Assembly: GCF_001194135.2 (NCBI RefSeq)
Contig: NC_068982.1
Location: forward strand, 165,668,732-165,732,731
Source of the DNA: Octopus bimaculoides
Lineage: Eukaryota
Direction: 5' to 3'
Length of the DNA: 64,000 bases
Below, piece after piece: positions 26,200-39,136 of the stretch. Within the stretch, counting starts at the first letter, position 1. Each line of letters begins with the position of its first letter. The position numbers were made by a program, and so were the translations under genes. The notes under the pieces are model-generated. The model made no database searches. It was given only the letters and a program-made list of their open reading frames with translations, and was not told where the DNA came from.

Positions 26200-26621
26200 C
26201 CAGTGGAAAATATGGAAGAAAGATATACAGTGGTGAAGAGGAAGAAAAAACAAGAAAACGCGAACTCAGCACCAAAGAGTCCCATGAAGAAAAGAAAACG
26301 AAGTGTAGAGGAGAGACAATGGTTACCAAAAGGAGGAAAAGCAAAAAGAAGCGAGCAGAAAAGAAACGAGATGTCGGCAAAATTAAGCGAGAAAGACGAA
26401 GAGAGAAAACAGAGAGCGATACCAGCAATTAGCACGGAGGAGAAAGTAAAGGGACAGGAAAAAAAGGAAGAGAGAAGAGAAATGACAACAACATCGAGCG
26501 AGAGACAATCAAAGAAGGAAGATATGGAAACACCAGCAACAGCAGAAGAGATTAGTGATGGAAATCAGGAAGTAACACTTAAAGGAAAACAATTAAGAAC
26601 TATGATACAGTACAAATACCC

Positions 26622-26694
26622 GTTAGCATATGGCGTATAGGTTAAGAGCGCGGGCTACTAACCCCAAGATTCTGAGTTCGATTCCAGGCAGTCA

Positions 26695-26739
<45 letters not shown>

Positions 26740-26923
26740 CAACAACAACATCGAAAAATACCTTAGGAATGAGAACCCAAGTTCGAAATTTCTCCAAGAC
26801 ACCTGATGAAAGCTGGAGGGTATATCAGCCGAAACGTTGTGTTAACAACAAACAAGATGAGGACAAATATCCGTCAATTGTAAATAACGTAAATAATTTC
26901 TCATCTCTTAAATATAGAACTGT
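26622..26923 (+). mobile_element. tRNA-headed short element carrying a hammerhead motif (SINE family D)
   Basis: A-box-like TGGCGTATAGGTTAA (26631), B-box AGTTCGATTCC (26675-26685), (AAT)n(AAC)n 26699-26750, unique body, hammerhead motif 26798-26843. Confidence 0.7.
26798..26843 (+). ncRNA. Minimal type-I hammerhead ribozyme motif
   Basis: Stem I GACAC/GUGUU; core CUGAUGA plus one extra A; stem II aGCUG...CAGCc (closing pair is an A-C mismatch); GAAA; palindromic ACGU stem III; predicted cleavage GUU after 26838. Confidence 0.75.
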
Positions 26924-26950
26924 ATTATTATACATTTCTTCTGGCTTTAA

Positions 26951-27228
26951 TTTCTGAGTTCAAATTCCGCTGGGTTTCACTTTGCCTTTCATCCTTCCGG
27001 TAATAAGGCAGCAGGAGTAGCAGAGACAAGAGAAATAGCGACAGAAGAAGCAGCAAAAGGTTACAAGAAAACCAGTTGCAAGAGGAACAACAGCAACAAC
27101 AATTACGAAAGCAATAATATCGGCAGAGCAAAACCAATAACACTACCAAGAGCAAATTGAATACACGGGTCGATGTAATCGACTTACCACTCTCCCGAAA
27201 TCGCTAACCTTGTGCCAAATTTGAAATC
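26951..27228 (+). mobile_element. SINE family A copy interrupted by ~160 bp of CAG/CAA-rich sequence
   Basis: B-box and body 26951-27000; GGGTCGATGTAATCGACTT...CCTTGTGCCAAATTTGAAATC resumes at about 27162. Confidence 0.7.
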
Positions 27229-27246
27229 AGCAGTAGCAGCAGTAGC

Positions 27247-27320
<74 letters not shown>
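27229..27320. repeat. (GCA)n/(GTA)n trinucleotide tract
   Basis: Seen directly. Confidence 0.9.
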
Positions 27321-28028
27321 TTTTGTGTCAGAGTATTACGTGTAGTGACCGTATTTCTATTTGCTAAGATTTGCTAACCACGTGCTAAGTTTTCTGTATT
27401 TTCCAATGTATTATAATTCTTCCAATGTTGCACGCCACAGACCAGTGCTGTTTGGAAAACCTGCAGCGTTGACTTAGTATTTGTCTGAACAGTTATTCCC
27501 GGGCCCCTATTGTTATGCAAACTGTTTCTCATTTCGGCTCCTCACGGAACCATTAAAACGTTGGACTATTTTCCTTACGGTAGTTCATCCAATTATTTGC
27601 GTTCACAGTTCGAATACCGCCGAGGTTAACATTGCTTTCCATTCTTTCGGACTCTATAAAATAATGTACAAGTCAAGTATTGGGATCACTGAAATTGTTT
27701 GTCCTGTGACAAAATTTGAAACAATTAATATTATTACTATTATTTTTAGATCAAATCCGTCTTTCATCCTTCCAAAATAAGTCGGCAATTGACAAAATAA
27801 ATGCAATACTCATACCTTCCGTTATATAATTCTGTCTCTCTGATAGATCTACAGCAATGTGTATGGGAATAGGCTTACCTTTATATACACAAAGAGATGT
27901 ATATTAGTTACATCATATAACGGTACCCAATGATGTGAGAATTGCAGAAACAGAAAAAAAAAAACTTGCATCCGTATATCAGCAAGTATTTATGTTGGTA
28001 AAATATAGCTGTATGTATGTATGTATGT

Positions 28029-28071
<43 letters not shown>

Positions 28072-28447
28072 TGTGTATATCTGCATATAGATCTGTGTGT
28101 GTGTGTGTGTGTGCGTGTGTGTGTGTGTGTGTGCGTGTGTTTATGTGTGTGTGTGCGTGTGTATTTGTGTGAGTGTGCGTGAAAATACGGATGTATGCAT
28201 ATGTGTATGCAAGAATATAGAAGGGAGAGAAATATATGGACATATATACATATAAGTATATGTGTTATGTGTTATGTGTGTGTGTGTGTGTCTGAGTGCG
28301 ACATCTTATAGATATATGAAATATATACATATGTATAAGCATTCATATAAATATTTATCAACGCACACACACGCGCGCACTTATATAATATGCATACACC
28401 TGTGTAGACATACGTGTTAGTGTTATTTAGTGAGAGTATATATAATA

Positions 28448-28497
<50 letters not shown>

Positions 28498-28573
28498 TAC
28501 ATATATACATATACATATATATAGAAAGACACCAGTACTTCTAGAACAGTCCCTCTACATACATCTCCCTCCA

Positions 28574-28612
<39 letters not shown>

Positions 28613-28786
28613 ACGTATGTATATATGCATATATATATGTATATGTATATACATATATACATGCATACACGCACGTATATACATATAGATATAAATGCAT
28701 ATACATACAAATATATACATATATATGCATATATGTGCGCGCGTGTGCGTGTTTGCATGAGTGTGTATGTGTGCGCGCGTGTGTGC

Positions 28787-28842
<56 letters not shown>

Positions 28843-29650
28843 TCCTTTTTTTCCTACTTTAGATATCGGGATATTCGAACGATACTGTTTTTATTTTATT
28901 CATATTTTCGTACACTTATTATTCTTTCGAAAAAATCTCGTTGGATGAACCATATCATCTTTTCCGTGCTTCACACACCACCAAAGCTAAATATCCATTT
29001 ATGCCTGCAACAGCATTCATATCTAGCAGAATATTGTATTCAATAGGGAACACGCTTATTGAAATATAATCGAATATCGGCTTTTGCGAAGCATGTTTGT
29101 GAAACTCATGACCTGTTCACATGGCATTACTGACCGAGGAGTTTCTCCTGCTGACAGTTTCTGCTGTAGAAAGCCCCCAAAGTCAACAAATGTATTGGAA
29201 AAAGCTTTTAAAATCAAGTTATTCTCTACCTTTCTGTATTCGTTGTTTACCACACCAAGAATGAAGATATAATTCAGCAACTGCTTAACTGAAGTATTCG
29301 TGAGTAATATACAGTTCTGTTCATAACAGTAAAAGCTATATTTACGATGGCTGACTCATAAAACTCCATTGATGTTTGATTTATTTAGGGAATCTACATA
29401 TGGACGTGCGAATGTTTGCATATGTATGTGCATACACTTGCATACTCACACATACGCACACACACACACACATACACACACACACATACACACACATACA
29501 CACACACACATATATATGTACGTGTACAATTATGCGTACATATATATGCACATATGTATTTGTACACGCCGCGTGCACACTCGGACACATAAATACATAT
29601 TACATGACACATAGAAATGCATAAATGAATATATGTTTTTCTGTATGTCT

Positions 29651-29704
<54 letters not shown>

Positions 29705-30832
29705 ACACACAGAGACACAGAGAGAGAGACACAGAGAGACAGAGATACAAACATACATACATACATACATACATACATACATAGGACGATAGAGGGATGA
29801 ACAAAAAGATGGTTTGTCGGCTCCAATGTTGAAAGTAGGAAAGTCAAACTGATGTAAGGGCAAATATATAGATTGGCAGAGAGAAATTTGATATATGAAA
29901 ACAGAATAAATATATTACATAATATATTATTATAACTATATATACATATATTTATAACCAAGTATAAAATAAATATAGCAATGCTTCGAGCGCGCCACTA
30001 AAATATCAATTTCAAATATATGGACAGATTCGCAGAAAACCAGCAATACAAATATTAGCAAGAGAACTACAATATCAAGGAAGAAAATAAAACAAATTAG
30101 CTCAAGGAACATAATAAAAATATCAACAAAGAGTATAAAACGCATAGCTTTGTATCTATATGACCAAGATCATAGTGGCTTCCGCCAAAATAATATTGGG
30201 AGATAATATGTGTGCGCTCCTGTATTTTTGTGTGTCTGCACATATGTACACGACAGGCATATACACGCGCGTATATATATATATATATATATATNNNNNN
30301 NNNNNNNNNNNNNNNNNNNNNNNNNNNNNNNNNNNNNNNNNNNNNNNNNNNNNNNNNNNNNNNNNNNNNNNNNNNNNNNNNNNNNNNNNNNNNNNNNNNN
30401 NNNNNNNNNNNNNNNNNNNNNNNNNNNNNNNNNNNNNNNNNNNNNNNNNNNNNNNNNNNNNNNNNNNNNNNNNNNNNNNNNNNNNNNNNNNNNNNNNNNN
30501 NNNNNNNNNNNNNNNNNNNNNNNNNNNNNNNNNNNNNNNNNNNNNNNNNNNNNATATATATATATATATATATATGTTTGTATGTATGTATGTATGTATG
30601 TATGTATGTATGTATGTATTATATTAATATATATGTGTATGTGCATACATGTACATGTATATATATATATATACTTTATATTGCGAGTATAGATACGCAC
30701 TCTCTCTCTCTCTTGCTCTTTTCTGTCTGTCTGTCTCTCTCTTTCTCTCTTTCTCTCTTTATGTCCCTCCTTTCTCTATCTCTCTCTCTTTCTCTCTCTC
30801 TATCTCTCTCTCTCTCTCTCTCNNNNNNNNNN

Positions 30833-30873
<41 letters not shown>

Positions 30874-32398
30874 ACATACACACACACACACACACTACAT
30901 ACGCGTACACATGTATGTATACTTGAAAAATAAACATAATTACTAGTACCCATGTAATTCAACCGTTGGATAAATCATAGGTTAGGCTTTACAATAGATG
31001 GATACTCGACCTTTCTGATAATATTTATGTGCACTTATTGTGCGGACCGAGCTCTCGGTATAATATATCCGAATTTACTATATAAATTCTCGATAAACAA
31101 GATGGAAGAGAAATCATTCATGCTTTACAACCAACTATTGAATAATACCTAATTGTAATTTCTCAATAGTAACTTCATGTTTTATTTGTAATATTTCCGT
31201 CTGTGGATTTCAAATACCATTTCAAGCAAAAGTTTCTACATACATAATGTAAATATTTTATGTAAAATCTCTTATGATTTACTTCACATAAAGTAATGCT
31301 GAGTTAACCTCTAAATGCCATTATAATATACAATGATTATCTCATGCTCTGATATTTTAGCTACCAGTTTACTGTTCAATGTTATCTAGTTTTGTCATTG
31401 GTGCATATAATATATAGAAATAAATGATTCCGAAGTTACCATCGGAAACGGGTGGTGCCGGCTTCGATATTCACTATGCGATAACTATAGGAAATATTTT
31501 CTTTCATAGTCTCGAGTCGGAGAGACATTTGTATAAGAAATTGTCTTGACGAAAACTGTGTTCGTTCGTCGTATTGACTGCATCTGCGTTTCGAATGATT
31601 CAAACTTTCAAAATGTCTGAGAATAACATTATATGAAAGATTTTTCTTTAAAAAATATTCGAATAATTATCTATTACATATTGAGCAGGAAGCTCCCTTG
31701 TTCGCAGTCTGACAAATATCAACCGCAGTATAGAAATTGTATACGCATATACATATGTGTGCACATAAACACACATACACATACACCACACATACACACA
31801 CATACACACACACACACACACTCACACTCACACATATATATATATATATATATATGTATGTTTAAATAATAACACGAATGGGTTAAGGTTTACCACAGCT
31901 GTTTCAGACGTTTTTTTATTGAGGAACAAATCAATTACATCATGTAAAAAAAATTCTCTTCAGGTGAATAAAAATAAAATAAAATTTAACATTTAGAATT
32001 TTTCTCCTGCAAGCTTTTTTTTATGTATGTGTGTGTGTCTTAATTGCTCAAAACAGTGAAGAATTTCCTCATAAAAACTATGTAATCTGAAGTCAGTCTA
32101 TGGTTGTAGATATATATTCGGCTAAACCTGGTTCACATATGAATTCAATGAGTATGGAGCTCAGTTGGTTGAACAATTCAATGCCCATCTTGATAAAGCT
32201 CAGCGTACATTGATACCTGCCTGTCATCATCCATATGTACAGTAGATTTTTTTAAAGAATTTTAAACTCCACAGAATATATTAACGACTTGTAATTTAAT
32301 GTACATGTCGTTAAACATTTTTAAACATTCTTGTAAACAACATTTTTTTCTGAGTTAATCTATTTGTATAAGTGTATAAATATGTGCGTATGTATGTA

Positions 32399-32436
<38 letters not shown>

Positions 32437-34159
32437 ATGTGTGTGTGTGTGCGTGTGTATGCATGTATATATATATATATATGCATATGCACAATACATA
32501 GACACACATGTGCAAATATGTGTATGTGCGAGTGTAAACATCTTCGAGCATCCGTATGTGCTTGCATATAAGCGTACGCGCCTTATATTCTTTCACATTC
32601 CCCAACAAATCTATTTTGATTAATGTATAATTATGTTGTGTCGAGTAAACAAACCTCACCGTTATTGACATTTTTATTCAGTTAGCATGCTGATGCAATG
32701 TTATTATAACTAAAATTAGTTTGTTAACTCAAATCTATATTGTTTTCAACTGTTTGCTGCATAACTTAGAACTCAATCAAAACAGTTGTATTTACTGTCC
32801 TTTCTTAATAAAAATAATATTCCTGATCTTATTGATTAAGGTGAATCCATGTAACATTGCTGAAAGTTAATGTTTGAACGAATCTTAATGCATTTGCTGC
32901 AGCTTTATTGAGCCAAATAGTATAAAGCTAGGTGCGTTATTAGGAAATGAATAAATTAAGCTCAATTTCAAGATAAAAGGAAATATAAGACCTGTGGCTT
33001 ACTTATTGCAAATCAAATAATAGGTATATTATATAAAGAATAAGCGAAGCGGGAAATTAAGAACTTTTAAATTAAATGTATTGAAGATAAAAGATTTTCC
33101 TTGATGGTTTCCCTGGATCCCCACGAAAGATCTCCGATTATTTGATCGTACACTTGGGCAATTGAAATGAATGTTTTATTTTATTTCAACGATATTCAAT
33201 GTGTTTGAGAAGTTATGGTAAATGAAAAGTTCTGAAAAGAGAATCTGCCAGTCATCCACACGAAAGGCAATATCTAATCCTCCTTTAATACAGCTTGTAT
33301 TCAACAGCTGAATAGAATGTCGGAAGCAATGTAGTTTTCTTTTCACACCGCAAACCTTGCGAAGCAATGCAGCGCTTTCATCAATATAAGTGTAACGACG
33401 TAAACGATGGAATCTGAAGAATGAGATTATAGACGTCTTAGCAGACACAGATTTAATTCAATTATATTAGAAAATGTTGAAACAAGCTGTCTATGTCGTA
33501 TTTCTTTGGTAATATGAGGAAAGAGGTTTAATATTTGGTCGTTGGGTAATAGGATAAAAATGACTAAAATTGAAAAAGTACATTGGACATTAAAATTATC
33601 ATCTATGACCGCAAGATATTGCTGAGAAGATATCAACACTATATACGCTAAAATTAAAACGTTATAAACAAGTGTTAGGAACGCCATAATTTATATCTGT
33701 CATACCAACATATTTATGACTATTGAGTCATCCTGTTTTCATTTCATATTGCACTAACGCTAGATTTCGTCAATCGGAAAACTAATCCATATTTTCTCAC
33801 TTAGATTTAGTGTGCTTCTTTATATATTCGTCAATGTAATAACAGTGAGGAGATAGTAAATATTTTACAAGTAATAAAGGTGACAGAGCTCAATTCTAGG
33901 AGAAGTATATGTATGTAAGTAAAAATATGACATCTGAAAATGTTCACAAATATATATTGGAAAATATTCCTATCGAAAAGTGGTGGTCGATACTTACATA
34001 AAATGTGGTGCACAGCTCAAGTAAAATATATCAACTTAACTCTAGTTTAATAATGAAGTGGGTATCTTTTAGTTCAAAGGCAAAGACCGTTGAGTTAGCT
34101 GCAGTATTTATTTGAGAGTACAATAATATCGATTTCTGACATAGGCAAGATAATTCAGT

Positions 34160-34345
34160 TCGGTTTAAGGGGTGTAATCGATTATAGAAGAACCCAAGCA
34201 CTTGACTGGTATTTTGTTTTGTTATCCTAGGAAGAATGTAAATCGAAGTTGACTTTGCTGAAATAGGAACTCTGAATGTAAATGTCCGTAAAATGAAACT
34301 AAGAACGTCCAACTATCTAGCGACACTGACAGTCTACTACTCTCT
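34160..34345 (-). mobile_element. Degenerate SINE family A copy
   Basis: GTAATCGATTATA...GACTGGTATTTTG...GAAGAATGTAAATCGAAGTTGACTTTGCTGAAATAGGAACTCTGAATGTAAA resembles the family A reverse complement. Confidence 0.5.
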
Positions 34346-35743
34346 GCAGCAATGAAGTTACTAATATATTAGCAAGAGAAAGACTGTTTGAGATAGCCTC
34401 GTAACTGTTATTGTGTCTCTTCATTGGCGATGCGTTCCATTTATACTAACAGCAGTGAATGAATGATAGTATACCGGCAAATAAATAGGTTCTGATTTCA
34501 AACAATTTTAATGTTGGCTTTGCATTTCATTTCCTCCAGGATGATAAAATAATGCATTCTCCCCAGGATTTGACCTTGTTTCAGAGTGAGAAATCAATAA
34601 GTAGATTGCCTGGAATTACATATCATATTTGACTATATAATTTTGGAATCAATTGATTTCGCAATATGTCAGTTAGAATTTCCCTTAGCTGTTAATTCTG
34701 CAGTGATGACTTGAAAAATTAATTATTGATATTGGTATTTAACTTTGACATAAGACTTATATTTAATGGAAAGAGAGATTATAATCAATTAAATCGACTT
34801 CAATATATTATTTCTGCGTCTTTTATCGGCTTCGGAAGTTTGATAAGCTAATAGCCCTTCGGCGATTCAAGAACATGTGATGTAGTAATACAAAGTTTTA
34901 ATAGTAGTGTACTATGAATATTCCAGCGATCTAATCTGGGGTATTTGTTGCGCAACTACTTTTTCTCTCCCCAAGGACATAAGCCTAAATTTTAAGAAGG
35001 TTTCGACTAGAACATTTGACATGTATTCTTCCTTGCATCACCCTTCTTAACTCATAATATCCCTATGGTTGTAAGTGCGAGGTGAAGCGTTCCGGAGCGA
35101 TAGAAGTAAATGAATGCAAGTTACTCCATTAAATATCAAATGACATAAACGAAATTTATCCCAGTAAAAAGGCAGAGAGTATTCTGGAGAGTACTCTGAA
35201 GAGTATTCTGGACACAAACATGATCTGGTTGCTAAGCTGTCTCATCGAAAACCACCTATGAATTTTAGACATTGTCTCTTCAAACAGTAATTCTTCTAGA
35301 ATAAACAGAATGAATATTTTGTCTTCGGAAAAAAGAAAAGAAAATGAAATAAATATTCACATAATTTTAAAGAGCAATGAAAAATCCTATATTTGCCGAA
35401 GTAATGAGAAATATACGGATAATACAAGAGAAATATACTTTTAGATTTATAACTAAGCAGCAGTCTGGTAATCCACAACCAAGGAAGGATATATCCGGAA
35501 TATATATTTCCATTTATAACTAACAGGTGTCCCCAGCACATACGTCGGATTCCCGAACTAAGACAGGATGCGTTTAAATTAGGAAATTACAATTATATAG
35601 CAGTCGTGGAACTATAAATATGTGTAAATCATTCCCGAAATTATACACCTGTAAATAAGTGCATATCCAAAAATATAAAGCATCAAACACGCGAGTCAAA
35701 ATATACAGATCTACAAGTGATGCCCCTTCTTGCATACACACTC

Positions 35744-35800
<57 letters not shown>

Positions 35801-36051
35801 GTGCATGTATATATGTGTACTGCTGTCATTCACTAGATATATATATATACATGTATATATATACATATACATATATATATGAATATATACACTTATGTAT
35901 ATGCACGCATACACATACATTCCTTCAAATAAACGCATACACACACAAACACTGGCGCATAGACAGTCATAGACACACACATACACATACACACACATAC
36001 ACATACACACACATACATACAAATGTATGCATCTATGTATGTATGCATGTA

Positions 36052-36155
36052 GTTAGGTAGGTAGGAAGGTACGTAGGTAGGAAGGTACGTAGGTAGGTAG
36101 GTAGGTAGGTAGGTAGGTAGGTAGGTAGGTAGGTAGGTAGGTAGGTAGGTAGGTA
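36052..36155. repeat. (GTAG)n microsatellite
   Basis: Seen directly. Confidence 0.95.
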
Positions 36156-36665
36156 CTTACGTACGTACGTAAGAATATGTGTATACACATGTAAGTGCGT
36201 ATATGTAAATTTTATAATTGTTAATAGCTCTGCTGTGCTTATATAAGTACCAATACGATCTCACGAACACGGAAATGACGCGTTGCAGAAATTGAAAATG
36301 TATCACGATTTAGTAAAACAATAAGAATGAAAAAAAAAACTATGCATATGTATTGTGTGATACATTCCCTCGTGATATGACAAATATGCATAGAGATACA
36401 TTACATACATTGTGATGTGTGTGAGCACATAATTACATATATATAGAGAGAGGGATGTACGTAAATATATACACACACACACACATATATGTATATATGT
36501 GTGTGTGTGTGTGTCTGTGTGTGTTTGTGTGTGTGTATGTATGTATGTATGTATGTATGTATGTATGTATGCATATACATTTCAATACAGAACCAAACGG
36601 ATACACACACGCACATACATATACGCAAATATGTCTTCAAATGTCTGCAGCTTATGTTAACCAAA

Positions 36666-36705
<40 letters not shown>

Positions 36706-36720
36706 CATGTACTAACTGGC

Positions 36721-36752
<32 letters not shown>

Positions 36753-37408
36753 ATGTGCGTGTGTGTGTATGTGTGTATGTGCGCGTGTGTGTGTATGTGT
36801 GCGCACGTGATATAATATTTATACATATATATATATATATATATATANNNNNNNNNNNNNNNNNNNNNNNNNNNNNNNNNNNNNNNNNNNNNNNNNNNNN
36901 NNNNNNNNNNNNNNNNNNNNNNNNNNNNNNNNNNNNNNNNNNNNNNNNNNNNNNNNNNNNNNNNNNNNNNNNNNNNNNNNNNNNNNNNNNNNNNNNNNNN
37001 NNNNNNNNNNNNNNNNNNNNNNNNNNNNNNNNNNNNNNNNNNNNNNNNNNNNNNNNNNNNNNNNNNNNNNNNNNNNNNNNNNNNNNNNNNNNNNNNNNNN
37101 NNNNNNNNNNNNNNNNNNNNNNNNNNNNNNNNNNNNNNNNNNNNNNNNNNNNNNNNNNNNNNNNNNNNNNNNNNNNNNNNNNNNNNNNNNNNNNNNNNNN
37201 NNNNNNNNNNNNNNNNNNNNNNNNNNNNNNNNNNNNNNNNNNNNNNNNNNNNNNNNNNNNNNNNNNNNNNNNNNNNNNNNNNNNNNNNNNNNNNNNNNNN
37301 NNNNNNNNNNNNNNNNNNNNNNNNNNNNNNNNTGTGTGTGTGTGTGTGTGTGTGTGATGCGTGTGTGTTCGCGCGCGCTTGTGTCTGTGTATTTCTATGT
37401 GTGTATGT

Positions 37409-38600
37409 AATAAAGGAGGAAGCAGAGAAGACGCTAAAAATTATAGGCCCATGTCTCTGACCTGATACATCTGCAAAGTCATGGAACGAAGAGTCCGCTA
37501 GAAACAAAGTACGTTTCTTGAAGAGAATGACCAGGTAGAAGCTGCCTGACACGGCCCTTACAGCATTATGACTGTGTGTTAAAGTAGCTGCCCAACAACT
37601 CAAATGTAGGCGTGGTATATCTTGACTTAGCAAAAGCCTTTGATAAAGTCGACCATGGTATGATAAACCACAAGATGCGTGATCTTGGCATGAACAGTGG
37701 CTAAAAGATAGAAGTCAGGCAGTGGTGGCCAATGGTGCTACCTCTTAGAAAGCACAATAGTGAGTGGAATTCCACAGGGCATAGCCATAGGGTCACTGCT
37801 ATTCATAGTGGCCCACTGTGTCATGCCTTCAGCTGCTCAGATAGTCATATTTATTAGCTATGCAGATGATTCAAAATTCTCTCACAGGACACAGATCTTT
37901 GGAACAATTGCGCACCTGCAACAGGAGGTGGACGCAGTTTACAGGAAGGCTGAGGAAAATAACATGCTGTTTAATGCTAGAAAATTTCAAGCCCTTCCTG
38001 CGATACCACCCTACAAAGCTGAATGAAATGCACACAGGTTACATTGGCTGAGGAGGGATCGCAATTTTTGAATGAAAATCAGTGCGCGACCTGAGAAATG
38101 ATATGAAGGCACCTTTCCAGGTAAATATGACTAAGTTGGCAATAAGATGCAGACGGCTGGCCGGATGGATCCTTCAAACATTCAGAACGTGAGACCAGGA
38201 AACCATGATGACCCTCTGGAGGACATATGTCCTCAGTCGATTAGGCAAAATTGTTTCTGCCATAATGTCACAGTGCGAAATTAATGGCAGAAACAATCCA
38301 GCGAAGCTACGCAAAGAAGATTGTCTCAATGCAATGTATCAACTGCTGAGAAAATCTGAGAACGTTAAGACTCTACTCCCTAGTACGTAGGTGGGAAAGA
38401 CATACGGTAATATACATGTAGAAAGTCCTGGAAAAATCTGTACCAAACTTTGATGGCTATGTGGTAAGAAGCTTGGTTCCTAACAACATGGTTCTGTGTT
38501 CAGTCCCACTGCGTGGCACCATGGACAAGTGTCTTCTGTAACCTCGGTCCGAACAAAGCATTGTGTGTGTATTTGGAAGAGGGAAACTAGAAGGCCCGTC

Positions 38601-38632
<32 letters not shown>

Positions 38633-39136
38633 TTGTGTTTCTGCCACCCCCACCCCCCGCTTGGCAACTGGTGTTGGTCTGTTTGCGTCCTCGCAACCTA
38701 GTGGTTCAGCAAAAGTAACCGATAGAATAAGTACTGGGCTTTAAAAAAAATTAAAGTATTGGGCTCGATACATTCCACAAAAATTCGTCAAGGCGGTGCC
38801 CCAGTATGACCGCAGTCTAATGACTGAAACAGAATACAAGAATACAAGAATAAAAACAGCAGAACGGGGCGCCACTGCATAATGCCAAATATCCCAACAT
38901 CGCCATCGAGATACAATGCATGGGGTAAATGTAGATGTCTTCAAAACAAAACTGGATTTCCTCTCTCAAGTATTCCGGATGAATCTACCTCACGACAGGA
39001 AACGCAGATGAGGGTTGCAGCATCACACTCTCTCATTCACCAAATGCCACACATCAGAGGTTTCCAGTGGAGCAGATGTGTTAAAGCTAACGGCTATGTT
39101 CCAACATGGTCGCATCTCTCGAACTGAAAAAACTAG
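37409..39136 (+). mobile_element. CR1/L2-group LINE RT and 3' end (copy 2, same family as 21530), interrupted by a SINE
   Basis: KGGSREDAKNYRPMSLT, YLDLAKAFDKVDHG, SGIPQGIAIGSLLF...YADDSK and KSVPNF before the SINE; SRTGRHCIMP and the 3' end after it (38856-39136). Confidence 0.88.
38454..38855 (+). mobile_element. SINE family B, near full length, nested in LINE copy 2
   Basis: Head TGGCTATGTGGTAAGAAGCTTGG...GTGTTCAGTCCC, internal (TG)n, tail AAGGCGGTGCCCCAGTATGACCGCAGTCTAATGACTGAAAC(AGAATACA)n. Confidence 0.88.

Noticed and set aside
26203-26640. 145-aa K/E/R-rich ORF
   Set aside because: Purine-rich low-complexity DNA lacks stops in several frames; it starts in a SINE tail, ends in another SINE head, and has no domain or splice support.
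26622-26698. Functional tRNA gene
   Set aside because: A/B boxes are present, but there is no clean acceptor stem or T-run terminator and it continues into repeat body; treated as a SINE head.
33176-33448. 90-aa minus-strand ORF with an acceptor-like site
   Set aside because: No recognisable homology; splice signals are weak and would imply an implausibly short intron.
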